From Candidatus Woesearchaeota archaeon (lineage in GTDB: Archaea; Nanobdellota; Nanobdellia; Pacearchaeales; GW2011-AR1), in assembly GCA_964554415.1 (NCBI GenBank), contig CAZKON010000001.1:1-49034 (forward strand): a DNA stretch of 49,034 nucleotides, given 5' to 3'. A model generated the notes under the pieces. The model was not told the DNA's origin, did no database searches, and saw nothing but the letters and a program-made list of their open reading frames with translations. Shown here in pieces: positions 17,309 to 27,408 of the stretch; position 1 is the first letter of the stretch, and every line of letters begins with the position of its first letter. Both the position numbers and the translations under genes were made by a program.

Positions 17309-20300
17309 TCACTCATCCTCTTCTTTTTGCGTAGCTTCATACTTAATCGCATGCTCCTCAGCCTCGTTTTCTTCTTCGTCTTCTTTGCTCTGTGCAAAGT
17401 CCTCATCCATAGGCATTACCTCTTCACTTTCACTGATTTCAGCTACATTCAAAACAGTATTAACTGGCGAGCCGGCAGGAGGCGCGGCTGCCAATGCAGA
17501 ATTCTCAGGCCCACTCACAGCGCCTGGATTCAATGTTGCATTTATGTTAAGACTTAGAATTTTAGACACTCCATCATGCATGCTGACTCCATACAAAATG
17601 TTGGCATTCATGATTATTGCATCATTATGTGTGACTACAATATACTGTCCTGCTTTCATGTACTGATTTAGCAATTCTGCAAGGCGTTCAGAGTTTCGCT
17701 TGTCAAGCGCAGCATCAATCTCATCAAAAATATAGAAGTGATAAGGTTTGTACTCCTGAATTGCAAATAAAAGCGACAATGCAATAAGAGTCTGCTCTCC
17801 CCCGCTCAGAGATGTTACATCAAAGTACTTCCCTTTTGCAAGCTTGACAATAATATTGACCCCGCCGGCAAATATATCTTCTTGATTTTCAAGTTCTAGG
17901 AATGCTACACCTTTTGATGAAAGTTTTGAGAAGTTTGAAGAAAATAATGCGTTCATGGCTCGGAATGTTTTCATGAAAGACTTTTTCTTCTTCTGGTCAA
18001 TCACTGCGATAATCTCCAGAATTTGCTGCTTCTCACGCTCAAGGGTCTTAACTTTCTCTTCAACAAGCTCATACTCTTTCTTTACCTCTTCATATACCTC
18101 TAGCGCGCGCATATTGATAGAACCAATCTGTTGTACTGATTCCTGAGACTTCTTTAAGCGTTCTTCAAGCGCGGGTATGCTTCCCTGAATAAGTCCTACA
18201 CCGTCAAACTCAGTTAGCTCCATCTGAATTGCTTCTCTCTCTGCATCAAGTTTAGCCTCGCCAATCTTTAAATAATTAATCTGGTCTTCAACTGCTCGCA
18301 CTTCGTTCTGCATCTCGGAAAGTTCAATGTTTTGTTTCTGAATGTTTCTCTGCAGGTTCTCACGTTCCTCAAAAAGTTTCTTAAAGTGCGCATGCAGTTC
18401 TCTTTCTTGTTTCTCTTTACTTTCCAATAGCTGGTGCTTTTCTTTAAGATTATGAACAAGGTCTTTAATCTGATGTTCAATATCTTCCAAATCTTTCATG
18501 CTTCTCTTGACAATATTTTGCATGCCTTCAAGTTCACGCTCCTTGTAAAGAAGTGTCGTGTCCATATTTCCCTTAGTCCGGGAGGATATTTCTTCAATTT
18601 CCATTATAATATTTTCATATTTTTCCTCAATCTTTGAAACGTCAGTTGTTTTCTCTTCAAGTGCTCTACGTCTCTGCTCAAGTTGCACAATCTCTTCTCT
18701 GATTGACTTTTCTTCATCAATAGACTTTTTGAGGTGTTCATTCTTTTCTTTCATACTCTTGTGTCTGATAAACTCAATATCTGCTGCTGATAGCTTGTCT
18801 TCAGCACTTTTAATTTCACTGGCAAGCAGCTGTTTATAATGCCTTAATTCTTGAAGCCTTGTATGTGCTTGTAGAATCTCTGCTTCTGCATGTTCAATTT
18901 TATCTTTAGAGTCTTGTGTGACATGAGATATATGGCTCTGCGTGATTGTACTCTGGCAGAGTGGACAGGTATCTAAACTCACTACATCGTGTATAATTTT
19001 CTCAGCTCTTGTTTTTTCAGCTTCTGAAACTGATATTTGTTTTTCATGAAGAAGTTCTTCTTTGCCTGCCTGTTCTAGCAATTTTTTGTGTGCTGCAAGA
19101 AATTGCCTGCTGGTAAGAGCTGCCTGTGCGCAGTCGGCTTCGGTTGCGTATACCAAAGTTTTAGCATAATCCTCAAGCTGTTTTAGCACTGCTTCAGAGG
19201 CTATCGTTGTGCGGTGCAGTTGCCTTTCTTTGTCTCTGATTCTTTCATGCAATGCCGCAAGTTCAGTCTTAAAAGTCAGAACTCTTTTTCTTTCATCCTC
19301 AAGAACACTAAGCTCCTCTTTCTTTTTCTTAAGTTCCTCTGCCTTCTGAGCCATCATAGGTGATTCTGTTTTCAGTTCTTTAATCTCTTTCTCAAGTGCA
19401 GGAATAGATTTCTCTACTTCATACATACGGCGCGCAAGTTCAGTCTTTTTGTTCTCATAGTTCTCGCGCCTTACTTTCAACCCTTCAAGTTCAGCTTTTA
19501 GATTTGCAATATGAGTTCTTATTGTTTCCTGCTCTAAGCCAGTGGCTTGCTGAATATGCTTGCCAATTTGATTAATCTGTTTTGTCTGCTTTTCAAGTTC
19601 TTTCTGAACTTTCTCAATTGATACTTTAATCTTCTCTTTTTGTTCACTCTTTTCAGCAATTGTTTTATTAATTAATCCTATTTCTTTGCTCTTATCCCCG
19701 GATTTCTTTGTTAGGATAGATGCCTTGCATTTTTTAACCATAAACTCAAGTTCTTTAAATCTAAGAGCCTGGCTTCTTTCACGCTCAAGATTCTTAAGAA
19801 ATGCACCTCGCTCCCGCAGAATAGCAGATATTTCTTTGAGCTTTTCTTCTGTTTTCTCAAGTTCACGCAAAGATTTTTCTTTCCTTGATTCGTAAATTGA
19901 GATGCCTGCTACTTCTTCAATAATCTTTCTTCTGTCTTCAGAAGGCATTTTAACAATGGATTGAATCTGCCCCTGCAAAATAAGATTGAATCCATATGGG
20001 TCAATTCCTGCCTGTGCAATCATCTCTATAACCTCAATGCGTGTTTTTGTCTCATTGTTAATCTTGTAGACACCCTGGCCATTATAACGGACAATGCGCT
20101 TCAAAGATACTTCATCAGAATCTATGGAAAATGTTCTGTTTTTGTTGTCAAATATAATCTCGACCATCGCTTCGCGCGCAGGTTTTATATATTTCGAACC
20201 CATAAACAATAAATTCCGAGCTTTTGCAGCCCGCATGGACTTTATAGATAATCTCCCAAGCGCAAAGCAGAGTCCATCTGCCACATTAGATTTTCCGCTC

Positions 20301-20404
20301 CCATTCGGTCCAAGAACAACAGATATCCCTTTGTCAAAATTAAGCTCGGTTCTTCTGGCAAAACTCTTGAACCCATGCATCACCATCCTCTTAATATAAG
20401 TCAT
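17309..20404 (-). CDS. smc: SMC chromosome segregation ATPase
   Basis: 1031 aa. Walker A GPNGSGKSN, long coiled coils flanking a hinge, signature LSGGEQT, Walker B FYIFDEIDAALD. An extra acidic ~76-aa C-terminal tail. Confidence 0.9.
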   Translation of the reverse strand: MTYIKRMVMHGFKSFARRTELNFDKGISVVLGPNGSGKSNVADGLCFALGRLSIKSMRAAKARNLLFMGSKYIKPAREAMVEIIFDNKNRTFSIDSDEVSLKRIVRYNGQGVYKINNETKTRIEVIEMIAQAGIDPYGFNLILQGQIQSIVKMPSEDRRKIIEEVAGISIYESRKEKSLRELEKTEEKLKEISAILRERGAFLKNLERERSQALRFKELEFMVKKCKASILTKKSGDKSKEIGLINKTIAEKSEQKEKIKVSIEKVQKELEKQTKQINQIGKHIQQATGLEQETIRTHIANLKAELEGLKVRRENYENKKTELARRMYEVEKSIPALEKEIKELKTESPMMAQKAEELKKKKEELSVLEDERKRVLTFKTELAALHERIRDKERQLHRTTIASEAVLKQLEDYAKTLVYATEADCAQAALTSRQFLAAHKKLLEQAGKEELLHEKQISVSEAEKTRAEKIIHDVVSLDTCPLCQSTITQSHISHVTQDSKDKIEHAEAEILQAHTRLQELRHYKQLLASEIKSAEDKLSAADIEFIRHKSMKEKNEHLKKSIDEEKSIREEIVQLEQRRRALEEKTTDVSKIEEKYENIIMEIEEISSRTKGNMDTTLLYKERELEGMQNIVKRSMKDLEDIEHQIKDLVHNLKEKHQLLESKEKQERELHAHFKKLFEERENLQRNIQKQNIELSEMQNEVRAVEDQINYLKIGEAKLDAEREAIQMELTEFDGVGLIQGSIPALEERLKKSQESVQQIGSINMRALEVYEEVKKEYELVEEKVKTLEREKQQILEIIAVIDQKKKKSFMKTFRAMNALFSSNFSKLSSKGVAFLELENQEDIFAGGVNIIVKLAKGKYFDVTSLSGGEQTLIALSLLFAIQEYKPYHFYIFDEIDAALDKRNSERLAELLNQYMKAGQYIVVTHNDAIIMNANILYGVSMHDGVSKILSLNINATLNPGAVSGPENSALAAAPPAGSPVNTVLNVAEISESEEVMPMDEDFAQSKEDEEENEAEEHAIKYEATQKEEDE

Positions 20405-20462
20405 GCTCTCAAGAAGTCTGGCGAGCTATTTAAGGATTCCTGCGATTGTGTGTTTTTTTCTC

Positions 20463-22127
20463 TTAACGCTTTGTGGAATGAGTGCCTTTAAGAAAATGCT
20501 GATGTATCCATAGCTTAAGTAGTCGTTCAGAAGGCATACGGCTCTCAATAAGTGTGCCTTGTGGAAGCAATTTGCGAGCAGTTTCCTGATAAGGTGCATA
20601 ACCGCTACAGATGAGAATCCCCAATTGTGGATTTTTCTGTTGCATACTATGCGCAACATCCAGATATCCTGCGGTTGGATGAATAATGAGTATATCGTAG
20701 TCTTTTGCATAGAGTGTTGCAATATCTTCAAATTCTTTTCTACTACGAACGTACTCTATCGAGCATCTAAGCTCGTTTTCTTCCCGAGTAAGGTATCGAT
20801 AATCTTCCCCACTATAATCGACAAGTAACACTCTTGTTCCTGAAGGAGGAAAATAGCTTTCGAGGCGCCGTATCTGGAAACCATTCCGGCTGAATTCTAT
20901 CTTTGCTATTGTTTCATCATTCCCCCATGAGAAACCTAAATCATAGTTCATTCTTCCCCCTATCTCAAGTACACGCCGTAAACCAAACTGTGTACCTGTT
21001 GCTTTAGTTGTTAATGGAAGATCCTCCATGAACACTGTTTTCTTTGCAAGAGATTCAGGCAAGGGTTTTCCTCTATTTCGTATTTTCAGTGATAACGTGC
21101 TAGATACTTCGCCTTCGAGAAAAAGTGTATCTACTTCGACTCTTTTCTCTCCTATGGTTCCTTGATATGCTTCAGCTGCATTAGATAATAAAATGCGGAG
21201 GCTTTCTCTAAATTTTCCTGAAATGAAGTATCTGTCCGGATCAGAATGTTTTGAATCTCCTCGGTCAAGTGTAAATCTCACGTCCGGATATAATTGCTCA
21301 ATTCGCCCGACCTCACGATTAAATAGTTGAGAGATATTCATCGTGCCGTCTCCTTGAGAAGCATCCAAGAGCGAGACCAATCTGGAGAGCATGAGTGTCA
21401 TAGCGCGATGTGCTTCTTGAGTATCATCTTGAATATGTCTGGAAAGCTCATCAGTTGCAATCGCCCATTGTCCCTTATAATCGTGAACTCGAGAGTAAGA
21501 TTCTCCTGCATCGGCTCCATAAAGTGAAGGAACTTGAGTTAATGTGAGGATGCGTTCGCGTAAGCCCTGTGATGAAGGAAGAGCTTCTGCAAGATAGGCT
21601 CTTAATGCAAAGAGATCAGGTCTTAGCGCGTCAATCTCACTATGAATCTGTGGAACCTGATTGAGTGAAAGCTCTTCATCAATAATTGCTTCTAAAGCAC
21701 GTTGTTCACGTTGTGTGGGAAAATTATTGTGTACGATGAATTCAACTTTTGCGCGCACTCTCTCAGGAGCTGTGAGGAGCTCATCCTTGGGAATATAGAG
21801 CAGTCCCAGCTCTTGTTCTTCAATAGCTTTGCGTGCTTTGTCGGATAATGTCCCGCTTAACAACGCCAGACGTGTTTCGGGATAGTTTGAAAGAATATGT
21901 GCAATTAACCTATTCCCATGTTCTCCTCTATTCAAGTGCAAATCAATGAGTGCAAGATCATAGGGTTTTTTTTCAAGTGCACTTTTTGCCCAGTTAAAAT
22001 TATTTACACTCGTAACCTTAAGTTCAGACGAATTTAGCGCTTGAGCAAGTAAAGCTTGCCAGTTCTCCTGATTTTCCAGATGGAGAACAGAATAAATATT
22101 TATCGTTTCTTCAATAGTAGAGTTCAT
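20463..22127 (-). CDS. Hybrid sensor-kinase-like protein: receiver - HATPase_c-like - degenerate receiver
   Basis: 554 aa. The N-terminal receiver has YDLALIDLHLN. The ATPase has an N-box LSNAAEAY, a G1-like IRNRGKPLP and a G2-like GTQFGLRRV. The C-terminal receiver-like domain has His where the phospho-Asp is expected (YDILIIHPTAG, His codon 20679..20681). Confidence 0.6.
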   Translation of the reverse strand: MNSTIEETINIYSVLHLENQENWQALLAQALNSSELKVTSVNNFNWAKSALEKKPYDLALIDLHLNRGEHGNRLIAHILSNYPETRLALLSGTLSDKARKAIEEQELGLLYIPKDELLTAPERVRAKVEFIVHNNFPTQREQRALEAIIDEELSLNQVPQIHSEIDALRPDLFALRAYLAEALPSSQGLRERILTLTQVPSLYGADAGESYSRVHDYKGQWAIATDELSRHIQDDTQEAHRAMTLMLSRLVSLLDASQGDGTMNISQLFNREVGRIEQLYPDVRFTLDRGDSKHSDPDRYFISGKFRESLRILLSNAAEAYQGTIGEKRVEVDTLFLEGEVSSTLSLKIRNRGKPLPESLAKKTVFMEDLPLTTKATGTQFGLRRVLEIGGRMNYDLGFSWGNDETIAKIEFSRNGFQIRRLESYFPPSGTRVLLVDYSGEDYRYLTREENELRCSIEYVRSRKEFEDIATLYAKDYDILIIHPTAGYLDVAHSMQQKNPQLGILICSGYAPYQETARKLLPQGTLIESRMPSERLLKLWIHQHFLKGTHSTKR

Positions 22128-22219
22128 CTTCTTTCTGCATTCATTATTTATATGTTCTTATATTTTTTGATATTCGGGAGCTACTAAAAGTTAATAAAAA
22201 ATAAAAATAAAGTATAAGC

Positions 22220-23455
22220 TTAGTAGTAGCTTTCTCCGAGTTCTTCAGACTTCTGCGGTTTGCGTGTTAATAATACAACTAACACGACAATCAAGACTAC
22301 AAAGATAATCGCCAGAACAACAGTTAAAACAACAGTTGTATTAGTTGCTTTGCCGGTTGTGCCTGCGATACCCGTGCTCTTGCCTTCAACATTCAGTGTA
22401 AAGCTTTCTTTCTTTACGAGATTCCCTTCAGAATACACGCTGACAGTGAATGGGTACGTACCTGCCTTTGCGGCAGTTGCACGTATTTTCACAGCTTTGC
22501 TGGTACCGGCAGGAATTGCTGCGAATGGTTCATCGGCTTCTACAGTAACTCCTGTAGGGGTGTCAGCAACCAATTCGTAGACTCGTACATTTCGCCCTGA
22601 GTTAACTAACGTTAGGCTATATTCTGCGTCTTCGCTGATCGCTGTACTTCTGCTTGTAGCAGAAGCGACAACGATGCTATTTCCGCTAGCACCAACGACA
22701 GCAACCTTTTTGCTTAGTTTAGTCGAGGAATCATCGCTGTAAGCTTCGATTTCGACAGCATAAACACCAGCAGGAGTGCTTGCAGGAATGTTCAAATTCA
22801 TGCGGCGCTCGCTTGCGTCCTCTTTGTCTGGGTTACTCTGATCAACCGGTGCAAGGTCGCCGAAGTAAGCTTGTCTTTCCAGACCCAAAGCGGGAACTGA
22901 AACCTTGACAAACGTATCTTCAGAGAAGTGGCGACCGCGGTTCTTTAGTACAATATCCATAGCGAGAATTTCGCCGGCTTGTACGCTAGAGTCCATTGCG
23001 ACATTGAGAACCTGTACAATGTATGATTCCCTCTGTGCACCAATGGCAATTTTGCGGAACGCTACCTCACCACGAGCGCGGTTTTCAATCGTAACATCGA
23101 GCTGCATTGGCTCGTTTTGTTCGATATTAAATGGTATCTGCACGTTGATGACACGACTGTAGGTTTGACCTGCAATCACATCAAAACGCTCAGAGACTGC
23201 GTCGTAGTCTTTTCCACCGGAGATTTCTGCTTTCACTCTAACGTCTGATGCATTATCCACTGCTGTAAAAGTTACGCGTACCGGGATTGTTTGCCCAGCA
23301 AACGCTGCAACGCTGACACTACTGCCTGACAGAACGTCAACGCCGTTTACTTCTACAATAAAGGGTTGTGCAACAAATGCGCTTACACTGCCTGTCACAA
23401 GGACAAGCAGAGAAAGTACCGCAATAAGTGAGACCAATATATGTTTAAATTCCAT
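22220..23455 (-). CDS. Cell-surface (S-layer-like) protein with a signal peptide and a C-terminal membrane anchor
   Basis: 411 aa. N-terminal MEFKHILVSLIAVLSLLVLVTGSVSA, beta-rich Ig-like repeats, a Thr-rich linker, then TM TVVLTVVLAIIFVVLIVVLVVLL followed by a basic/acidic tail. Confidence 0.6.
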   Translation of the reverse strand: MEFKHILVSLIAVLSLLVLVTGSVSAFVAQPFIVEVNGVDVLSGSSVSVAAFAGQTIPVRVTFTAVDNASDVRVKAEISGGKDYDAVSERFDVIAGQTYSRVINVQIPFNIEQNEPMQLDVTIENRARGEVAFRKIAIGAQRESYIVQVLNVAMDSSVQAGEILAMDIVLKNRGRHFSEDTFVKVSVPALGLERQAYFGDLAPVDQSNPDKEDASERRMNLNIPASTPAGVYAVEIEAYSDDSSTKLSKKVAVVGASGNSIVVASATSRSTAISEDAEYSLTLVNSGRNVRVYELVADTPTGVTVEADEPFAAIPAGTSKAVKIRATAAKAGTYPFTVSVYSEGNLVKKESFTLNVEGKSTGIAGTTGKATNTTVVLTVVLAIIFVVLIVVLVVLLTRKPQKSEELGESYY

Positions 23456-23591
23456 GGTTGAGGTTTAAATTTAGTTAAATGTATTATTATTTATCTATAT
23501 ATAAACTTTATGGTAATAACATATTAGCAACCATTATGTAGTAACAAAAGCTTATATAGTGGTATACGCATAAATACCAAAATATACCACA

Positions 23592-23792
23592 ATGGAAAAA
23601 GACATAACAACGATAAAAATAACAAAAGAAACAAAGTCTCGCCTGGATAATTTTCGAATGTACAAACGTGAAACTTATGAGGAGATTATGCGAAAAGTGC
23701 TTGAAATACTGAATCTATGCCGCTCTGCTCCTGAGCGCGCACGCAATTATCTTATTGATTTAGACAAACAGCGTAAGACAAAAAAGCCATAA
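23592..23792 (+). CDS. Small RHH-like/antitoxin-like protein, function unknown
   Basis: 66 aa. TIKITKETKSRLDNFRMYKRETYEEIMRKVLEIL has a strand-helix-helix pattern. Confidence 0.4.
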   Translation: MEKDITTIKITKETKSRLDNFRMYKRETYEEIMRKVLEILNLCRSAPERARNYLIDLDKQRKTKKP

Positions 23793-23797
23793 AGAAC

Positions 23798-24583
23798 TTA
23801 CAACTTCTGTGCCAATTTCATTCCTTCAACGCTATCATCAACCATTGTCGGGCTTTCATTAATGATACGAATATTTTTATCCTTGGGCAAATTTCTAAGT
23901 AATTCCTGCCAAGCTTTCTTCTCAGTGGGAATGTGATGCTTTTCACCCTTATCGCTATACACAATACCTGAAAAATGCACGTGCCACTCTTTTTGTGAAA
24001 ATCCCTGCTCAATTTCTTTATAGTCTACTTTCTTCTCCCGAGCGAGGATATGCGCAAAGTCAATGCAGAACGAGCAGCCTGTTTCCCTTACTAACCTGCT
24101 AATCTCTTCCACGCTTCCAAAGACATTCACTTTTCCCATGGTTTCAGGAGCAATCTGAATTTTCCATTTGTTCTTCTTAATTTCTTGTAAGAGCTCAAGT
24201 ACACCTTGCTTAATCGTCTGATACGTCTGCTCCCTTTTCTCCTCTGTATCTCCTGTATCAGTATAGTAGCCTGGATGGAAGACAACAATCTTCGCGCCGA
24301 GCAACTCGCCGATTTCGCAGCATTGCAGAATCCTTCTCTTTGTTGCCTCGCGCTTTGCTCTTTCCGCGGAATTGAGATTTACGAAATATTGAGCATGAAT
24401 ACTTAATTCTATTCCAAGCTCTTGTGCTTTCTCTCTAATGACTGTGCATTCAGTAGGTTTAATATACGCACTGTGGGTGAACGCAATTTCACATGCTCGC
24501 AGACCTAACTTATGATACTGCTCTAAGACCTGCACTGCTGTTTTGACAGGACCGAGGCCTGCGGGACCGAAGATGATTGGCAT
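23798..24583 (-). CDS. nfo: AP endonuclease family 2 / endonuclease IV-like TIM-barrel protein
   Basis: 261 aa. Conserved His/Glu/Asp pattern (SIHAQY, VVFHPG, APETMG, CIDFAHI, HVHFS, NESP) typical of the Nfo/xylose-isomerase-like fold. Confidence 0.75.
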   Translation of the reverse strand: MPIIFGPAGLGPVKTAVQVLEQYHKLGLRACEIAFTHSAYIKPTECTVIREKAQELGIELSIHAQYFVNLNSAERAKREATKRRILQCCEIGELLGAKIVVFHPGYYTDTGDTEEKREQTYQTIKQGVLELLQEIKKNKWKIQIAPETMGKVNVFGSVEEISRLVRETGCSFCIDFAHILAREKKVDYKEIEQGFSQKEWHVHFSGIVYSDKGEKHHIPTEKKAWQELLRNLPKDKNIRIINESPTMVDDSVEGMKLAQKL

Positions 24584-24613
24584 GTACGGAGAAGAGGGAG
24601 AGAGTTAATAAAA

Positions 24614-25018
24614 CTAATGTTCTTTTCTATTTGAGAGAGCGTTGAGATTTTGTTCCATTCTACAAAGTTCATTAAGAACGTACTCTACAGAAAACTCGCC
24701 CCAACTAAAAATAACTGCGTTTTGCTTGTCGCAAATAAATCTCGGTATCCAAGCATTCGACTCAAGTTCTAAAAAATTCATCTCAAAAATCTCATGTTCA
24801 CGATTTCCCACTTCTTGAATAGATATGTATCTTCTCTTAAGTCCCTCATAAAGAGAGACATACATTTGAAAATCTCGTACAGTCCCCATGTCTCTCTGCT
24901 TTTTACCTTGTTTAAAAATGTTTGTACGAAAGGTTCCGTTAACTCTAAAGTGATTACCTTTTTTCTTCCAGAACAAAGAAATAATCCCCTTGACTCTTGT
25001 GATAAGTGCGTTCATCAA
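24614..25018 (-). CDS. Hypothetical protein
   Basis: 134-aa ORF with no recognisable motif. The overlapping plus-strand ORF 24794..25186 looks less protein-like. Confidence 0.35.
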   Translation of the reverse strand: MMNALITRVKGIISLFWKKKGNHFRVNGTFRTNIFKQGKKQRDMGTVRDFQMYVSLYEGLKRRYISIQEVGNREHEIFEMNFLELESNAWIPRFICDKQNAVIFSWGEFSVEYVLNELCRMEQNLNALSNRKEH

Positions 25019-25240
25019 GACTATTGCAGACCTTGCAGAAGTTATACCTTCAACTTAGGAAAAGATGGAGTCGCTCCGCAATCTTGCCCCGCAGTTAGAG
25101 ATTATCAACATTTTCTTTCCCAAGGGATTGATTCTTCCTCATCTTTACAACAAGCATTAAGGCATAATCTGAAAGGCAGATTATAACTTTTCAACTACCC
25201 TCATCGAAAGATTTATATACAAATTACCACATTTGTATAC

Positions 25241-25540
25241 ATGGAAGAAACAGTCTCGGTACGTATAAGCAAAGAAGAACTGAATGCTCTTGATACATTG
25301 TCAGAGCAAGAGCGCTTAAAGCGTTCTGTTCTCTTGCGTGAAGTTCTGCGGCTGGGTATCCAGCAGAAACGGCTTGAATACGCTCTCGCGATATATCAAA
25401 AAAGAGGGGCTACCGCGTGGAAAGCTGCGCGTATGGCTAACATTCCATTGACAAAATTTCTAGACTTGCTTGTAGAACGAGGAGTAGATTTTAATTATAC
25501 TAGAGAAGATTTTCTTGAAGATGCAAAAGAATTCGCATGA
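25241..25540 (+). CDS. UPF0175-family antitoxin
   Basis: 99 aa. ...YALAIYQKRGATAWKAARMANIPLTKFLDLLVERGVDFNYTREDFLEDAK matches the UPF0175 pattern. ATGA overlap with the next gene. Confidence 0.7.
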   Translation: MEETVSVRISKEELNALDTLSEQERLKRSVLLREVLRLGIQQKRLEYALAIYQKRGATAWKAARMANIPLTKFLDLLVERGVDFNYTREDFLEDAKEFA

Positions 25541-26067
25541 TTTGCAATGCCTCCCCCCTCATTATCTTTGGAAGGCTGAACAAACTTAGTCTTTTAAGAG
25601 AAGTCCTAGGCAAAATAATCATTACAGAAGAAGTTTATAGAGAGGTTGTCCATGAAGGTAAAAGAATAGCTGCTCCAGACTCTTTTTTAGTTGAAGAGTT
25701 TTTATCAAGAGGATATATCACTGCAATTGTTCTCACGGAAAAGGGCAGGAAAAAATCTGCTGAGATTGCAATGATGCATGCTCACATAGATTTGGGAGAA
25801 GCTGCAACGATTGCATTGGCTTTGCAAGAAGGACAAAAAGAAGTTTTGCTTGATGACCATGATGCACGAAAAGCAGCGATTCTTTATGGTTTAATCCCAC
25901 GTGGCTCAATGTGGATCATTCTTAAAGCATTTCATAAAGGTCTTGTGACAGAGTTTGAAGCAAAAGACCTTCTTACGCAGATGATAGAAAGCGATTTTAG
26001 AATAAGTGCAAGAATAATGAATGATTTTTTCTTGCTCCTAGAAAAGATAAAACGGCGAAAAACTTAA
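25537..26067 (+). CDS. DUF3368-type PIN-like nuclease (toxin partner of UPF0175)
   Basis: 176 aa. MICNASPLIIFGRLNKLSLLREVLGKIIITEEVYREV is the DUF3368/PIN-like N-terminus. Start overlaps the antitoxin stop (25537..25540). Confidence 0.75.
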   Translation: MICNASPLIIFGRLNKLSLLREVLGKIIITEEVYREVVHEGKRIAAPDSFLVEEFLSRGYITAIVLTEKGRKKSAEIAMMHAHIDLGEAATIALALQEGQKEVLLDDHDARKAAILYGLIPRGSMWIILKAFHKGLVTEFEAKDLLTQMIESDFRISARIMNDFFLLLEKIKRRKT

Positions 26068-26324
26068 GGCTTAAAATTATATCTCAATAAAACCGCTCCC
26101 ATAGTCTCTTCAGGCATCTTCTTTGTTGCGAAACTTCTATCTGCAATAAACTCAATATGCCACATCTTGTTTCTTGGGAATGTGTATCGTGCAAGCGCTC
26201 GCGCTTTGAGGATATAATCGCCATCGTTTGGCTCTCCGATTTTATATGTACCGCGAAGACCTGCACCGATACGCCATGTATCATTGAGTTTTCTTCCGAT
26301 GATGAAACTTGTGTTAATTATTTG
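26064..26324 (-). pseudogene. Start-less protein-like reading frame (possible gene remnant)
   Basis: Stop-to-stop frame of 86 codons: QIINTSFIIGRKLNDTWRIGAGLRGTYKIGEPNDGDYILKARALARYTFPRNKMWHIEF... No ATG/GTG/TTG in the first 53 codons. Its stop overlaps the stop of the PIN-like gene. Confidence 0.25.
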
Positions 26325-26458
26325 TCATTTTTTCCTTTAAAGTGATTTATGTGACCACTTAATAATAACATCTTAATAGTGCTCTTTATAATAATTATTG
26401 CTCCCATAGGGGGGTCGTAGTTAGAAAAATTTAAATAGAGGTTATACAAGTAAAAGAG

Positions 26459-27211
26459 ATGGAAACGAAGCTACTGAAAAGCATCGGCTTGACAGAAGGA
26501 GAGACAAAAGTGTATCTCGCGCTTATACGTTTGGGAGAAACGAAAACAGGTTTATTGGCGAAAGAGGCGCGCGTTTCTTCGTCGAAAGTCTACAAGATTC
26601 TTGATCGACTTATTATGAAAGGTCTCGTCGGAAGTAAGATTAAGGGAAAAACAAGGTATTTCACTGCGACAAATCCGGAAGCAATTATTAATTACATGGA
26701 AGAAAAGAAAAAAGAGCTTACTGCGCAAATGCAGGAAGTGCAAAAACTCGTGCCTTTCTTGCAATCAGAACAACAACAGACAAAACAACATTCCCAGGCA
26801 ACACTCTATGAAGGATTTGCAGCCATTGCAAATTTTTATAAAAATATATTAAAAGATTTGAAAGCTGGAGATGAATATTATGTGATTGGCGCAGGCTATC
26901 CTGAAGGAAAACCTGAAATTCGCGCGTTCTTTTACGCATATCATCAGGAGAGAGCAAAACACAATATTAGAGTTAACATGCTTATGAATTACGAGGTGCG
27001 CGGCAATGAGGAAGCAACAACGCGTATCAATTCAAACGTCCGTTTCCTGCCGCAGTATTTCATCACGAATATGACGATTGTATTCTATAAAAACAAAGCA
27101 TTCTTTTTCTTTCTGACAGAAAGACCGACTGCATTCCTTTTGGAGAGCAAGGAAGCTGCAGATAGTCTTAAAGCATATTTCAATGTCTTGTGGAAGATTG
27201 CGAAAAGATGA
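26459..27211 (+). CDS. TrmB-family transcriptional regulator
   Basis: 250 aa. N-terminal wHTH GLTEGETKVYLALIRLGETKTGLLAKEARVSSSKVYKILDRLIMKGLV, a coiled linker, and a C-terminal effector-type domain. Confidence 0.8.
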   Translation: METKLLKSIGLTEGETKVYLALIRLGETKTGLLAKEARVSSSKVYKILDRLIMKGLVGSKIKGKTRYFTATNPEAIINYMEEKKKELTAQMQEVQKLVPFLQSEQQQTKQHSQATLYEGFAAIANFYKNILKDLKAGDEYYVIGAGYPEGKPEIRAFFYAYHQERAKHNIRVNMLMNYEVRGNEEATTRINSNVRFLPQYFITNMTIVFYKNKAFFFFLTERPTAFLLESKEAADSLKAYFNVLWKIAKR

Positions 27212-27408
27212 TTTTTACGAAGCAGAGTTTTTCCAGAGTATCTGCGGGTTGTTAGTCCAGAGAAATATTCCAAAGCATATTAAAATACTGCCGAAAGCTC
27301 TCAGCTAATTCTCTCTGGAATAAAGCAGAGGGGACCTAAATTGACGACGGTACTTAAATCCACATCGGCAGCTTTAAATAGCATCATCACGGACTTTAGT
27401 TTCACGCC

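Noticed and set aside
24794-25186. 130-aa plus-strand ORF, and 20426..20731 (101 aa)
   Set aside because: Each overlaps a longer opposite-strand or out-of-frame gene. The composition is not protein-like, and neither has a promoter geometry.
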